Shown here one piece after another: positions 1-9,881 of a DNA stretch of 64,000 nucleotides. The position numbers and the translations under genes are program-made. Location of the stretch: IMG/VR virus record IMGVR_UViG_3300017721_001026, positions 89,809 through 153,808 of that record; one strand, written 5' to 3'. The DNA is from a virus (lineage: Duplodnaviria > Caudoviricetes). Each line of letters opens with the position of its first letter. Positions within the stretch are counted from its first letter, which is position 1. Under the pieces are notes generated by a model. The model saw nothing but the letters and a program-made list of their open reading frames with translations. It ran no database searches and was not told where the DNA came from.

Positions 1-456
1 GAGACCAAAATCTGCGTTACCATTTGATGGATCACTACCTTGAGCATTTGCAACAGGAACTGACGGTTGTCCAATATAAACCGTTCCCATTCCAGTGTCA
101 CGGGAAAGAGTAGTAACTCCAGTAACTACAAGATCCCTAGTTGTTGTTAGTCCACCTACGTTTAACTTGGGGAATGTAGCACCAAAACCAGTTACAGAAC
201 CACTAGATCCATTATCAATATTTAAGTTTCCTTCAATATAAACATCATCTAACAAATATGACTCATTAAAGTTGATCAGTGAGTCATTGGCATTAGAACC
301 TCTTGATGTTCTCTCTGTTAGATAGTCACCGACCGTGCTACCGATACCCACACCACCCAACATCACTATAGATGTTGACAATCCTATGTTTTGATTAGCA
401 TCTCTAATTTCAACAAAAGATGCAAATTGAGATAATTCTCTACTATTTCTAGTCAT
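1..456 (-). CDS. Virion structural/tail-fibre-like protein, 5' part (runs off window)
   Basis: Read by eye: ATG at 456, MTRNSRELSQFASFVEIRDANQNIGLSTS..., open to position 1; CTAAATA late-promoter motif upstream. Confidence 0.7.
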   Translation of the reverse strand, partial: MTRNSRELSQFASFVEIRDANQNIGLSTSIVMLGGVGIGSTVGDYLTERTSRGSNANDSLINFNESYLLDDVYIEGNLNIDNGSSGSVTGFGATFPKLNVGGLTTTRDLVVTGVTTLSRDTGMGTVYIGQPSVPVANAQGSDPSNGNADFGL

Positions 457-488
457 CTATTTCTTTAGCTAGGTGGATCTCTTAAGAG

Positions 489-495
489 TATTTAG
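489..495 (-). promoter_or_regulatory. T4-like late promoter motif (CTAAATA)
   Basis: Motif about 33 nt upstream of the ATG at 456. Confidence 0.5.
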
Positions 496-509
496 TTTTT
501 AATAATCTG

Positions 510-740
510 CTATTTATTATATACACCTCTGGGATACATCTGACCAGACTGTGGTCTCCCTGGTGCATTCCACCCACGTTGCTGTGTAGTTAATCCCACA
601 ACAGAAAAATTAACACCAAGTAAATTTGCATCACGAAATATAGGATTTAATGTTATTGTTGTTACTTTTGTTGATTGAAAACCAGTAGATAAACCAGAAG
701 ATTGAACTGATCCTAATGATGGGATAGAATAATCTGCCAT
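510..740 (-). CDS. Small partner protein (paralog of 2451-2729)
   Basis: 76 aa; MADYSI...RPQSGQMYPR shared with the 92-aa ORF; coupled to the upstream stop (TGATG). Confidence 0.75.
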   Translation of the reverse strand: MADYSIPSLGSVQSSGLSTGFQSTKVTTITLNPIFRDANLLGVNFSVVGLTTQQRGWNAPGRPQSGQMYPRGVYNK

Positions 741-2434
741 CAGACTCTCCTTGCACAGAGTGCAATACCTGAGGTTTCTGTATGTTGATTATAAGAAGCC
801 TGAATTATCTCATAAACTTCAGAACCACTAATTGTGATTGTGTCACCTTGTGTAAAGTTTGTTTCACTAGTAGAGTATTTAAAATCAATTAAAACAAAAT
901 CATCTGGTAGATAATATGGACAAGGAACCATTTTGGAGCAAACTGGAATTCCTTTGATAACAGAATTATAATCTAATTCTGCGGGAGAACTTACACTATC
1001 TGGATAAGTTGCTTTGGTATGATTTGAAGTTCTTGCATATATTGCATTTGGACCACCAATATTGCTTTCATGATAACCATATGCTTGTGAGGTCTGCCCA
1101 TTATAATCATTATTAGTGGCAGACGTTGATGACATTGTACTTCGATACTGATCTGCAAAAACAGTTCTTCCGATGGAATCGGAATTACTTCTCGCATTCA
1201 TATAACCAACAAATGCAGATCTTAAATTTGCAACTCCATTCATAGTATCAAGTGGAGATGACTCAGTGTAATAGTTATAAAAGTTTCCATGAGTTAGTGT
1301 GTCAAAATTTATTTGTGAAAAATTTCCATAAATTGTATTAGTACAACGTTGTGGTCGAATAATAGTTATTGCATTATTATAGCAATAATCATAATCCCAT
1401 AGTGATGAAGTGTAATTATGGAAAAAGAATGTTAGAAATACATTATTATCAATTGATGAACCTGCTAATGTTGGTTGACTAAAAGAAAATATTGCAAATT
1501 TAGGATCAAGAGCAGACTGATATATCCTTAATTTTAAGTCATGGGTTGACGGAGAACTTGTTGTTGCAAATCTGAGAGCATTTGCAAATGAAGTATTATA
1601 ATTTGGATTGCAAGATCCCACTTGGTTACTTCTAAATGCTGTATGGTAAGTGTTGCTAGTGGGATCATATCCATCATTTGAAGTTACATTATACCATGCT
1701 GATGAGGCACTAGTTACTACGTCACTACCACTAACACCAGTAGTGTCTACAAGATATTGACCAGCAAATCTATATTGAAATCCAGAAGAACCATCAGTTG
1801 TGTTAGATGCCTGCGACTGTGATGGATTATTGTCATTGTCAGTATCAGTATATTTTGGTGAATATGGATGGAATGCACTCCCTACAGCAAATGATAAATT
1901 AAAGTCAGACCAAACTTGAAATCCTCTATAAGTTGTACCATATTTTTTACCAGACTCAATTTCATGCCTTAAGACAGCAAAAGGATATTCACTTCCAACT
2001 CCAACATGTTTTTGATAAAATGTAGTTGTAGATCCATATGATGTTGGTGAACCATTTCCAGCAACACTTACAGTAATACCTAATCCAATAGCAGCACCAC
2101 CACCAATTAAAGATGGATCAAAAGTTAAATACTCACCATCAATATATCCATATCCAGGACGATTTACGTGTATATCAATAATTACACCACTACTTCTGTA
2201 AATATCAAAAGTTGCACCAGTACCAATTCCAGATGTTGTTGATGCTTCAACGTTATAATAATCGTCCTCATTTGCAGTTAATTCACCACCATTTCTCTGA
2301 GTAACAAAGGTGACAATACCTGTTAGAGTTTCACCATGAAACTCTACAATTTCAAATGCTTCTTCAAGTGCAAGAACGACATCAGATCTTGCCCAACCTG
2401 CTGATTTTGTAATTGTGCTGATGGATACTGCCAT
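740..2434 (-). CDS. Virion structural/putative adhesin protein (paralog of 2729-4687)
   Basis: 564 aa S/T/G/N-rich; C-terminus IKGIP...PCPYYLPDDFVLI...QGDTITISGSE...CARRV nearly the same as in the 652-aa ORF. Confidence 0.75.
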   Translation of the reverse strand: MAVSISTITKSAGWARSDVVLALEEAFEIVEFHGETLTGIVTFVTQRNGGELTANEDDYYNVEASTTSGIGTGATFDIYRSSGVIIDIHVNRPGYGYIDGEYLTFDPSLIGGGAAIGLGITVSVAGNGSPTSYGSTTTFYQKHVGVGSEYPFAVLRHEIESGKKYGTTYRGFQVWSDFNLSFAVGSAFHPYSPKYTDTDNDNNPSQSQASNTTDGSSGFQYRFAGQYLVDTTGVSGSDVVTSASSAWYNVTSNDGYDPTSNTYHTAFRSNQVGSCNPNYNTSFANALRFATTSSPSTHDLKLRIYQSALDPKFAIFSFSQPTLAGSSIDNNVFLTFFFHNYTSSLWDYDYCYNNAITIIRPQRCTNTIYGNFSQINFDTLTHGNFYNYYTESSPLDTMNGVANLRSAFVGYMNARSNSDSIGRTVFADQYRSTMSSTSATNNDYNGQTSQAYGYHESNIGGPNAIYARTSNHTKATYPDSVSSPAELDYNSVIKGIPVCSKMVPCPYYLPDDFVLIDFKYSTSETNFTQGDTITISGSEVYEIIQASYNQHTETSGIALCARRV

Positions 2435-2450
2435 TGGTTTTTATTTTTAG

Positions 2451-2729
2451 TTATTTATTAAATCTAGGATACATCTGACCATTTGGTGGTCTATCTTGAG
2501 AATCATTTGGACTTACAAATGATTTGGAATCTGGAAGATAAAGTGTTTTTGTTTCTTCAAAACTAATTGAACCAAGTCTTTTGGTTCCATTCATTACAAT
2601 TTTAATAACACTTCCATCTCTTTGCCAAATATAGTCATATGTTGTACCAATAACTGCATCAACATTTAATGCTGTTGATGCAATCCCAGTAACTGTGGTT
2701 GTTAAATTTGCAATAGACCAGTCTGCCAT
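2451..2729 (-). CDS. Small partner protein (paralog of 510-740)
   Basis: 92 aa; MADWSI...RPPNGQMYPR; TAATG overlap with the upstream gene. Confidence 0.75.
   Translation of the reverse strand: MADWSIANLTTTVTGIASTALNVDAVIGTTYDYIWQRDGSVIKIVMNGTKRLGSISFEETKTLYLPDSKSFVSPNDSQDRPPNGQMYPRFNK
2452..2458 (-). promoter_or_regulatory. Late promoter motif (ATAAATA)
   Basis: 18 nt upstream of the 564-aa gene. Confidence 0.55.
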
Positions 2730-4687
2730 TAAACTATCCTCGCACAGAATAAAATTCCTCTTGTCCTGGTGGTCTGATTATATGATGCTTCAATTACTTT
2801 ATAAATTTCAGAACCACTAATTGTGATAGTATCTCCTTGCTGAATATTTGCACCTGTTTGATTATAGTCAAACTGAATAAGAACAAAATCATCTGGTAGA
2901 TAATAGGGGCAAGGTATCATTTTTGTTGAAAGTGGAATACCTTTAATTACCGCATTAAAATCGGTAGAAGGATCCAGTTTATCTGGACCTGCTTGGGAGA
3001 TACCACCAGTTGTTCTCTTGTCAGTACCTCCTGGTCTATAGTAAATACTTACAGTATTTGTAGAAAGTGTCTGTTCATAAGTCTTTGCTTCATAGGTATC
3101 TTCAAAAAATGTGTCAGATGTATCACCATAATATTGATCATAACCAAATTCTGCAGATCTTTTTGATGGATAGTTAGTACCTTCATGAATTCCTTCAAGA
3201 TAAGTTTTAAATTTTATTTTAGGATCAGTTGTATTTCCTCCTTCACCATCAATTACTGTCACTCCACTCAAATATAGATAATCCAAATCCCAAACATTAG
3301 TTGTATAATTACTGAAGAAGAATGTACTTTTAGTTGTCGTATCAAATACTGTACTAGAAGCAGTTGGTTTGAAGAAAGAAAATACTGCAAAATTCGGATC
3401 AATACCAGATCTGTAAACAATTAAATTGAGTTCATATGTAGTAGAACCACCTGTACTCAAAGATGTTTGACCCTGCTGATACAGATTGCCAGTTTGTAAT
3501 AGTTTTGATTCAGAACCGTGTATCACATCAAGATTACTCCAATCTAAGTATGGTGTTCCAGAAAAACGTCTTCCATAACCATGACCACCAGTTGCAGTTT
3601 TAGAAGTTGTACTATTATTTGCTTGTGTAGGTGTTGGGTTATAACCAGAACCTGCTAAAAGATATAATGTTGAATTACTATTGTTAAATACAAATCCTCT
3701 CCAAGTTGTTCCATATCTCTTATTTTCATCTATAACTTGTTTCCAAACTGCGGAAGAAGTACTTCCGTTTCTGTAAGCATCATAAAATGTTGTAGTAGAA
3801 CCATATCCAGTTGTTGAAATGTTTCCAGCATCTGCAGGTTCTACAATGATTGTTGGGTGTAATGCTTCATCAGTTGCAATAGTCGTACTATCTCTAAGTG
3901 GTTTTACATAATATGTTCCTCTCTGACCCCATTCTGGTGTCCAAATCACTGTTGCGTTTGCATCATTACTGTATCCATTTGAATAATGAACATCTACTGC
4001 ATGATCAACATTGTCTACAACAGATGTTTGATAACAACCCGCTAAACTTCCACCAAAAGTTCCAGAGTCAACGATTCCCATATAATATCTAGCACTACTA
4101 CTTCCCATATTACCCACAAGAGTTAAGGTATCACCTTCTTTAATGGTAATTGTAGTTCCAGGACCAAGAACTGAACCATTTCTATCTTCACCAGTTGCAT
4201 ACCAATAATCAACATTGGTTGTAAATGTTACTGCATATGAAACACCACCAGAAATTGTTGAATCAACAATAACTTGAGCTGTAACATGATCTTGATCATA
4301 AGTTCCACCAAAGTAAGATGAAGGTATTTTTATAACTTCTCCACCCACATAATTTTTTCCACATCTATTAACTTGGAAAAAAGTTAATTCACCATTATGG
4401 TCGTAAAAACCGTCAATATTATTAGTTATTCTATGTCCATAAAGTTCGGCACCTGTTCCAATTCCAGTTGTTTCGGTTACATATGCCTCAAAATATTCAT
4501 TATCTGATCCAGTAAGTACATTATTACCAACGTTTACACTACTTATTCCAGAAACTAATCCATAATCAGTATCACCATGCCATTCTAACCAAGTTAGTTG
4601 TTGTTCTAGTAAGTTAATAACGTCTTCACCATTCCAGGTGCCTACGTCGGCAGTATTGACTCCTACTGTATTGATTGCGACTGCCAT
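2729..4687 (-). CDS. Virion structural/putative adhesin protein
   Basis: 652 aa; shares N-terminal, central (KxYGTTxRGF, RSxxDPxFAxFSF) and C-terminal blocks with the 564-aa ORF. Confidence 0.75.
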   Translation of the reverse strand: MAVAINTVGVNTADVGTWNGEDVINLLEQQLTWLEWHGDTDYGLVSGISSVNVGNNVLTGSDNEYFEAYVTETTGIGTGAELYGHRITNNIDGFYDHNGELTFFQVNRCGKNYVGGEVIKIPSSYFGGTYDQDHVTAQVIVDSTISGGVSYAVTFTTNVDYWYATGEDRNGSVLGPGTTITIKEGDTLTLVGNMGSSSARYYMGIVDSGTFGGSLAGCYQTSVVDNVDHAVDVHYSNGYSNDANATVIWTPEWGQRGTYYVKPLRDSTTIATDEALHPTIIVEPADAGNISTTGYGSTTTFYDAYRNGSTSSAVWKQVIDENKRYGTTWRGFVFNNSNSTLYLLAGSGYNPTPTQANNSTTSKTATGGHGYGRRFSGTPYLDWSNLDVIHGSESKLLQTGNLYQQGQTSLSTGGSTTYELNLIVYRSGIDPNFAVFSFFKPTASSTVFDTTTKSTFFFSNYTTNVWDLDYLYLSGVTVIDGEGGNTTDPKIKFKTYLEGIHEGTNYPSKRSAEFGYDQYYGDTSDTFFEDTYEAKTYEQTLSTNTVSIYYRPGGTDKRTTGGISQAGPDKLDPSTDFNAVIKGIPLSTKMIPCPYYLPDDFVLIQFDYNQTGANIQQGDTITISGSEIYKVIEASYNQTTRTRGILFCARIV

Positions 4688-4690
4688 TTA

Positions 4691-7012
4691 TTATGCCTCT
4701 AATTGGAGAATGGTTAGGTTTGCGTTAATTGATTGTGTACTTCCAGATAGATTTGTAATTGCCATATAGATTATGGTATCAACTGGATCATCCATGTTTC
4801 CACCCATTGTGAATGGAGAGATTTTTTGTTCAGTAGAGATGCCTGTCGTTACAACTTCAGCAATAACTCCACTTCCTGCTGCTGGATCTTCCCCAACACT
4901 TCTACTAGAATCAGTAGTTCTAGATTCACTATCAGTATATATTCTAATCCAACCTGCCGTAGATAAACCAACTTTCATCAGTGCATAAGACTTAAATCCA
5001 GTAACTGTTACAAGACCTACAGCATTATCAGCAATAGATCCTGTGGATGCAGAAACTATTGTTCTATTTTGTAGTGAACCACCAGATGCAGTAACAGTAG
5101 CAATACCAGAACTGTAACTAACATCTAGACCAGCATCAAAGTTGATAGTCTTTGCAGAACCAACGTTTGATCCACTGTTTTCAACAACAACACCATCACC
5201 AGTTGCATTAACATTGAGTAGTGCAGATCCGTCAATAGCAGGTAATACACCAGTAAGTTCACCTGAAGGAATACTTGTGAGACCAGCACCAGAACCAACA
5301 AATTCTGAACCAGAACCAGAAAGTGTTACATCACCATAAACAGTAATTCCGTTAGTTGCAGTTTCAAGTCTTAATGTATTGTTATAATAAAGATCAACTG
5401 CACCATCGGAATGTGCAAGTAATCTTTTACTTCCATTTTTATCAATTTTGGTATCTCCATCAGAACGAATAAACAATGTTCCTGTTCGTTGATAAGCAAT
5501 ACCAACATCACTGCCAGTTTCGTAAATATAAAGATCATCATCTACACCAACCTTCAATCCAGAACTGAAACCGTCACCAGTACTCACACTTGTTGCTTCT
5601 ACACTCTGGAATGTAGAAACACCAGAAACCTTCAGAGTATCAGTTTCAATATGTCCAGTTACATCAATACCAGTGCTAGTAATATCACTAAATCCTGAAG
5701 TTCCTGTTGTGCTGATACCAGGAATAGCTGCTGTAACTGTAACAACACCAGCAGATACTGGAGATACATCTAAACCAGTAGAGAAATCAACTGTTGAAGC
5801 AGCACCAATTGATGAACCACTATCCTTGATTTCAATACCAGATCCAACAGCAGATACACCAGTAAGTGCAGAACCATCGAGTGCAGGTAATACTCCTGTA
5901 AGTTGTCCAGCAGGCAATCCTGTAAGTCCAGAAGCAGCACCAGAGTAAGATGTGGCAGTAACACTACCACCAACAGTTAGCATGTCTGTGAGAACTGTTG
6001 TATTGATACCAGTTCTTCCTTCATTATTAATGTATTGTCTAATATTTCCTTCACCATCAGCAATAACAACTCGATTAGATAGACCTCTAATGTCTAGACT
6101 ACCAGAGTTACCGTCATATCCACCAACAACAATGTTATATTGTCCATTAGTAATCAGTTGTCCTGCTTTAATACCTAGACCAACATTATATCCACCAGAG
6201 TTTACATTATTAAGTGACAGTTCACCAATACCAATGTTTCTACCATTACCGCTAGAGAGTGAACCTAGAACCTGATCACCAATTGCAATATTTCTACCAC
6301 TACCAGATCCAGCAGCAATATTACCAAATCTTAGGTTAGATGAAGCATTTGCTTGAATTCTTCCTTGACTGACTGTAAGAGTACCACTAACATTTACGTC
6401 AGTATATGATGGACTGACCTCATCTTCACCTAGAATATAAATTGGACCACCCATATTTGGGTGAGCAGTACACTGATAGTAAAGAATTTTTGGAGAATCA
6501 AGCTGAACATCCCAAACTAGAGTTCCGTTAGTTACATTATTATTTGTAATACCATCATCATATTGTGTTCCAGCAGATCCATTGGGATCACTTTGAATTC
6601 TAAATGGGTGAGCACCCATATTATTAGTGAAATTATATGTCTGACCTCTTACTAAGTAAAGTGTAGGATCATTCTCTGCTCCAGTTAAACCAGGACCAGT
6701 GAATGTATAGTTACTGACACCATCAGCACCTAATGTCCAGGTTCCAGTTGTTCCACCAGCACCTGCTCCACCACCACTTACAGTTGCAATACCTACATCA
6801 TCATACTCTATGAAAAATGAACTATCAAAGTTTAATGTAGTTGTAGCACCAACTGGAACATCAGCACTTGATATTACAACAGATGATGCATTATAATTTA
6901 CTGTAAGATCAGTAGCATATCCTACCCATGCGGTTCCATTCCAAATGTAGGCACTACCTCCAAAATTGAAAATTTCACTTAATGATGGTGAATTAGGAAA
7001 ATCTATTGCCAT
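4691..7012 (-). CDS. Tail-fibre-like virion protein
   Basis: 773 aa; MAIDFPNSP..WNGTAW start; beta-sandwich segment (LVRGQTYNF...HPFRI...LYYQCTAHPNMGG); repeated LTGVLPAxDGSAL and VSGVSTF modules. Confidence 0.75.
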   Translation of the reverse strand: MAIDFPNSPSLSEIFNFGGSAYIWNGTAWVGYATDLTVNYNASSVVISSADVPVGATTTLNFDSSFFIEYDDVGIATVSGGGAGAGGTTGTWTLGADGVSNYTFTGPGLTGAENDPTLYLVRGQTYNFTNNMGAHPFRIQSDPNGSAGTQYDDGITNNNVTNGTLVWDVQLDSPKILYYQCTAHPNMGGPIYILGEDEVSPSYTDVNVSGTLTVSQGRIQANASSNLRFGNIAAGSGSGRNIAIGDQVLGSLSSGNGRNIGIGELSLNNVNSGGYNVGLGIKAGQLITNGQYNIVVGGYDGNSGSLDIRGLSNRVVIADGEGNIRQYINNEGRTGINTTVLTDMLTVGGSVTATSYSGAASGLTGLPAGQLTGVLPALDGSALTGVSAVGSGIEIKDSGSSIGAASTVDFSTGLDVSPVSAGVVTVTAAIPGISTTGTSGFSDITSTGIDVTGHIETDTLKVSGVSTFQSVEATSVSTGDGFSSGLKVGVDDDLYIYETGSDVGIAYQRTGTLFIRSDGDTKIDKNGSKRLLAHSDGAVDLYYNNTLRLETATNGITVYGDVTLSGSGSEFVGSGAGLTSIPSGELTGVLPAIDGSALLNVNATGDGVVVENSGSNVGSAKTINFDAGLDVSYSSGIATVTASGGSLQNRTIVSASTGSIADNAVGLVTVTGFKSYALMKVGLSTAGWIRIYTDSESRTTDSSRSVGEDPAAGSGVIAEVVTTGISTEQKISPFTMGGNMDDPVDTIIYMAITNLSGSTQSINANLTILQLEA

Positions 7013-7030
7013 GTTCTTTAAGATTTTAAG

Positions 7031-7037
7031 TATTTAT
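7031..7037 (-). promoter_or_regulatory. Late promoter motif (ATAAATA)
   Basis: 19 nt upstream of the ATG at 7012. Confidence 0.6.
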
Positions 7038-7072
7038 TGTAAGATAATAAGTCAAGTAACCTATTTAGATGA

Positions 7073-9859
7073 TTATGAATGATTCGTAACTTGAACTGCA
7101 AGTGAACCAGTGTTTACTCCCACATTATCACTTTGTTTATTAATTGTGAAGTCTACATGTGTAGTAGATCTTGCGGCACCAACATATGCAGAAAAACCTT
7201 GATCCATTGGTTGAGTTAGAACAAAGTAATCATCAACATCAGTATAAGAAGATGTGAATGTTAAACGATACTCTCCTTGACCTTGTTGTGAAACAGTAAC
7301 ACCAGATGTTCCTGTCCAAGTTGGAGAAGTTCCAAGTCCAATCTCACCATACTTATCTCCTGGTGGATTAACTGTAGTTGTAAGTGTTCCTGAAGTTGGA
7401 TATGCTTCAGTTGGTGGTGTAAATGTTGTTGTAGTAGCACTACCAATAGAAGTATATCTTGCAACGGTAGAAATTCTTAAGTCATCAATTACTCCATCCC
7501 AGTCATCTTGACCAGATAACGTAGGATTCTTACCAAGATATATCTTTGCACTACTATCAGTCTGTATGTTATTATCAATAACTTGATCATTTATTGTTTT
7601 TTCAGATTCAACTCCATTAAAGTAAAAGTGAATTGAACCATTATCAGGTTCTCTAACAACAGCAATGTGATTCCAACTTTGGAATATAGAAGATTCAGTT
7701 ACTGATCCAATTCCTACACCACCATATGAAGAACCATGTTTTTCATGATTCCACCATTTAAAATCAGTGTAACCAGTATTTCCTGAATCTTCCGCAAGAA
7801 TGGCCCAACTGTTAGCTGCTCCACCATCAGTTTTTGATATTAAAACATCTGCATTTGATATATCATTAATAGGTATTGCATCAAAATAGAACCATCCTTC
7901 TATAGTCCACTCTCCAGTAAAATTATAGTTAGATACATGAGGATATGAAGCATAACCTGCTTGAAGTCTTAGTGCTTTTGCTCCATATTTAACAGGAGAT
8001 GTGACTAGTGATGCATTAGCAATAGCATCAATATTATTACTACTTTTTGATACATCACTATAATCGGTATCAAAAGTAGATCTAAGGATGACATTATCCC
8101 ACTCGGTGTCTTCAGCATCAGTAACTGTTGTTCCACTAGCAAGAGAAAATTCTCTCCAAGAAGATCCATCATAGAAGAATGGAGCACCACCAATCATCTT
8201 AATATCACCAGTTGAACCAGCAGTACCTGCAATTGTTGCATTATTAACTGTAAGATTTACAGCACCATCAACTAATATGGTTGAAGCAAATGAAACATTA
8301 TCATTAAATGTAGAAATACCAGTAACATCAATTCCAGCACCATCTGTTGTTATTCCAACTTCAGTAATACCAGTAATTCTTCCATTATTATCAACTGTTA
8401 TTCGTGCGGATCTATCAAAATTACCATATGTACCCGCAGCAGCACCTGTTAATGCAGTGAATTCTGCACCAGAAGCACCAGCAGTAATAAATCCTGAAAT
8501 TTGCCCAGTAGTTACAATTCCTAATACAGCATTATCAACATATCCTTCAGTAGCATATCCAACTAAAGATGTTGGGGTAAATGCAAAAGTTCCTGATGAA
8601 TTATTGTATGATAATGCATTTGTTCCTGCTGGATTTGATGTTACAGATAAATCTGTGAGACTAATACCAGATCCACCATCAGCAGTCAAGTCTGATGCAG
8701 GTGCCCAAAGAGATCCATTCCACTTAAGAACTTGTCCTGAAGATGGAGTAGTGCTACTGACATTAGAAAGACTTGAAATTTCTGTGTCAGCAATTACTTC
8801 TTCTAATACTGAACCAAAATATGGTGGATCAACTGGACCACTTAAAGTTCCTGAAGTTGGATATGCTTCAGTTGGTGGAGTAAAACTTCCTTCCGTACTA
8901 ATATATCTTGCAACAGTAGAAATTCTTAAGTTATCGATTAATCCATCCCAGTCATCTTGACCATCACCGTGGATAGGATTACTACCCAAATATATTGATG
9001 CACTACTATCATTCTGTATGTTATTGTCAATCACACTACTATTAGTTGTTATTCCAGATTCAACTCCATTAAACCAGAAATGAATTGAACCATCCGTAGA
9101 TTCCCTAGTGACGGCAATGTGATTCCAACTTTGGAATATAGAAGATTCAGTTACTGATCCAATTCCTATACCACCATATGAAGAACCATGTTTTTCATAA
9201 TTAAACCATTTAAAATCAGTGTAACCAGCATTTGGTGAATCTTCCGCAAGAATGGCCCAAGTGTCAGCTGCTCCACCATCAGATTTTGATATTAAAACAT
9301 CTGCATATGTAGCTATATTAACAGGTATTGAATCAAAATAAAACCATCCTTCTATAGTCCAATCACCCTCAAAGTCATATTCAGATCTATGGTTATATGT
9401 AAGATAACCATTTTGTGGAATTCTTAGTGATCCTGTTCCAAATTTTCGTGGTGCTGCAACGACATCTGTATTAACGGCACTGAATGCATTGATGGAAAAT
9501 TTTGAATCAAAATAATTTGATTCTTTATTAAAAGGAGTCAAAAGGACGACATTATCCCATTCAGTATCTGCAGATTCAGTTACTGGTACACCTTCTTTAA
9601 GAAAGAACTCTCTCCAAGCAGTTCCATCATGCATAAATGGAGCACCATGAAACATTTTAATGTCACCAGTTGTCCCTGATGTTCCTGCAAGACTAGTATT
9701 AACACCAACTAATTGTAGACCATCACCAACAGATAGTGTTGCTCCAACAGCAACTGTTGAAGCACTAAGATTTAGATTACTAGAACTCTTAATTGATGGA
9801 GTGCTAGTACCTATGCCTATAACACTCAGTTCTCTTACACCAGAAGACTTTTCTGCCAT
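7073..9859 (-). CDS. Tail-fibre/receptor-binding protein with two LamG (concanavalin A-like) domains
   Basis: 928 aa; two copies of WTIEGWFYF...WNHIAV.R...IHF.FNG...DG.ID.LRIS..ARY. Confidence 0.85.
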   Translation of the reverse strand: MAEKSSGVRELSVIGIGTSTPSIKSSSNLNLSASTVAVGATLSVGDGLQLVGVNTSLAGTSGTTGDIKMFHGAPFMHDGTAWREFFLKEGVPVTESADTEWDNVVLLTPFNKESNYFDSKFSINAFSAVNTDVVAAPRKFGTGSLRIPQNGYLTYNHRSEYDFEGDWTIEGWFYFDSIPVNIATYADVLISKSDGGAADTWAILAEDSPNAGYTDFKWFNYEKHGSSYGGIGIGSVTESSIFQSWNHIAVTRESTDGSIHFWFNGVESGITTNSSVIDNNIQNDSSASIYLGSNPIHGDGQDDWDGLIDNLRISTVARYISTEGSFTPPTEAYPTSGTLSGPVDPPYFGSVLEEVIADTEISSLSNVSSTTPSSGQVLKWNGSLWAPASDLTADGGSGISLTDLSVTSNPAGTNALSYNNSSGTFAFTPTSLVGYATEGYVDNAVLGIVTTGQISGFITAGASGAEFTALTGAAAGTYGNFDRSARITVDNNGRITGITEVGITTDGAGIDVTGISTFNDNVSFASTILVDGAVNLTVNNATIAGTAGSTGDIKMIGGAPFFYDGSSWREFSLASGTTVTDAEDTEWDNVILRSTFDTDYSDVSKSSNNIDAIANASLVTSPVKYGAKALRLQAGYASYPHVSNYNFTGEWTIEGWFYFDAIPINDISNADVLISKTDGGAANSWAILAEDSGNTGYTDFKWWNHEKHGSSYGGVGIGSVTESSIFQSWNHIAVVREPDNGSIHFYFNGVESEKTINDQVIDNNIQTDSSAKIYLGKNPTLSGQDDWDGVIDDLRISTVARYTSIGSATTTTFTPPTEAYPTSGTLTTTVNPPGDKYGEIGLGTSPTWTGTSGVTVSQQGQGEYRLTFTSSYTDVDDYFVLTQPMDQGFSAYVGAARSTTHVDFTINKQSDNVGVNTGSLAVQVTNHS
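7662..9361. repeat. Intragenic direct repeat: 7662-7909 vs 9114-9361 (248 bp, ungapped, offset 1452)
   Basis: Manual alignment: 21 mismatches in 248 bp; weaker similarity continues on both sides. Confidence 0.92.
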
Positions 9860-9870
9860 TGTTTTTTACT

Positions 9871-9877
9871 TATTTAT
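9871..9877 (-). promoter_or_regulatory. Late promoter motif (ATAAATA)
   Basis: 12 nt upstream of the ATG at 9859. Confidence 0.6.
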
Positions 9878-9881
9878 TGGG

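Noticed and set aside
7662-9361. Diversity-generating retroelement (TR/VR pair)
   Set aside because: Differences are not adenine-specific (e.g. TGG/TTT, GGA/CCA, AGT/ACT), both copies are coding, and no reverse transcriptase is in the window.
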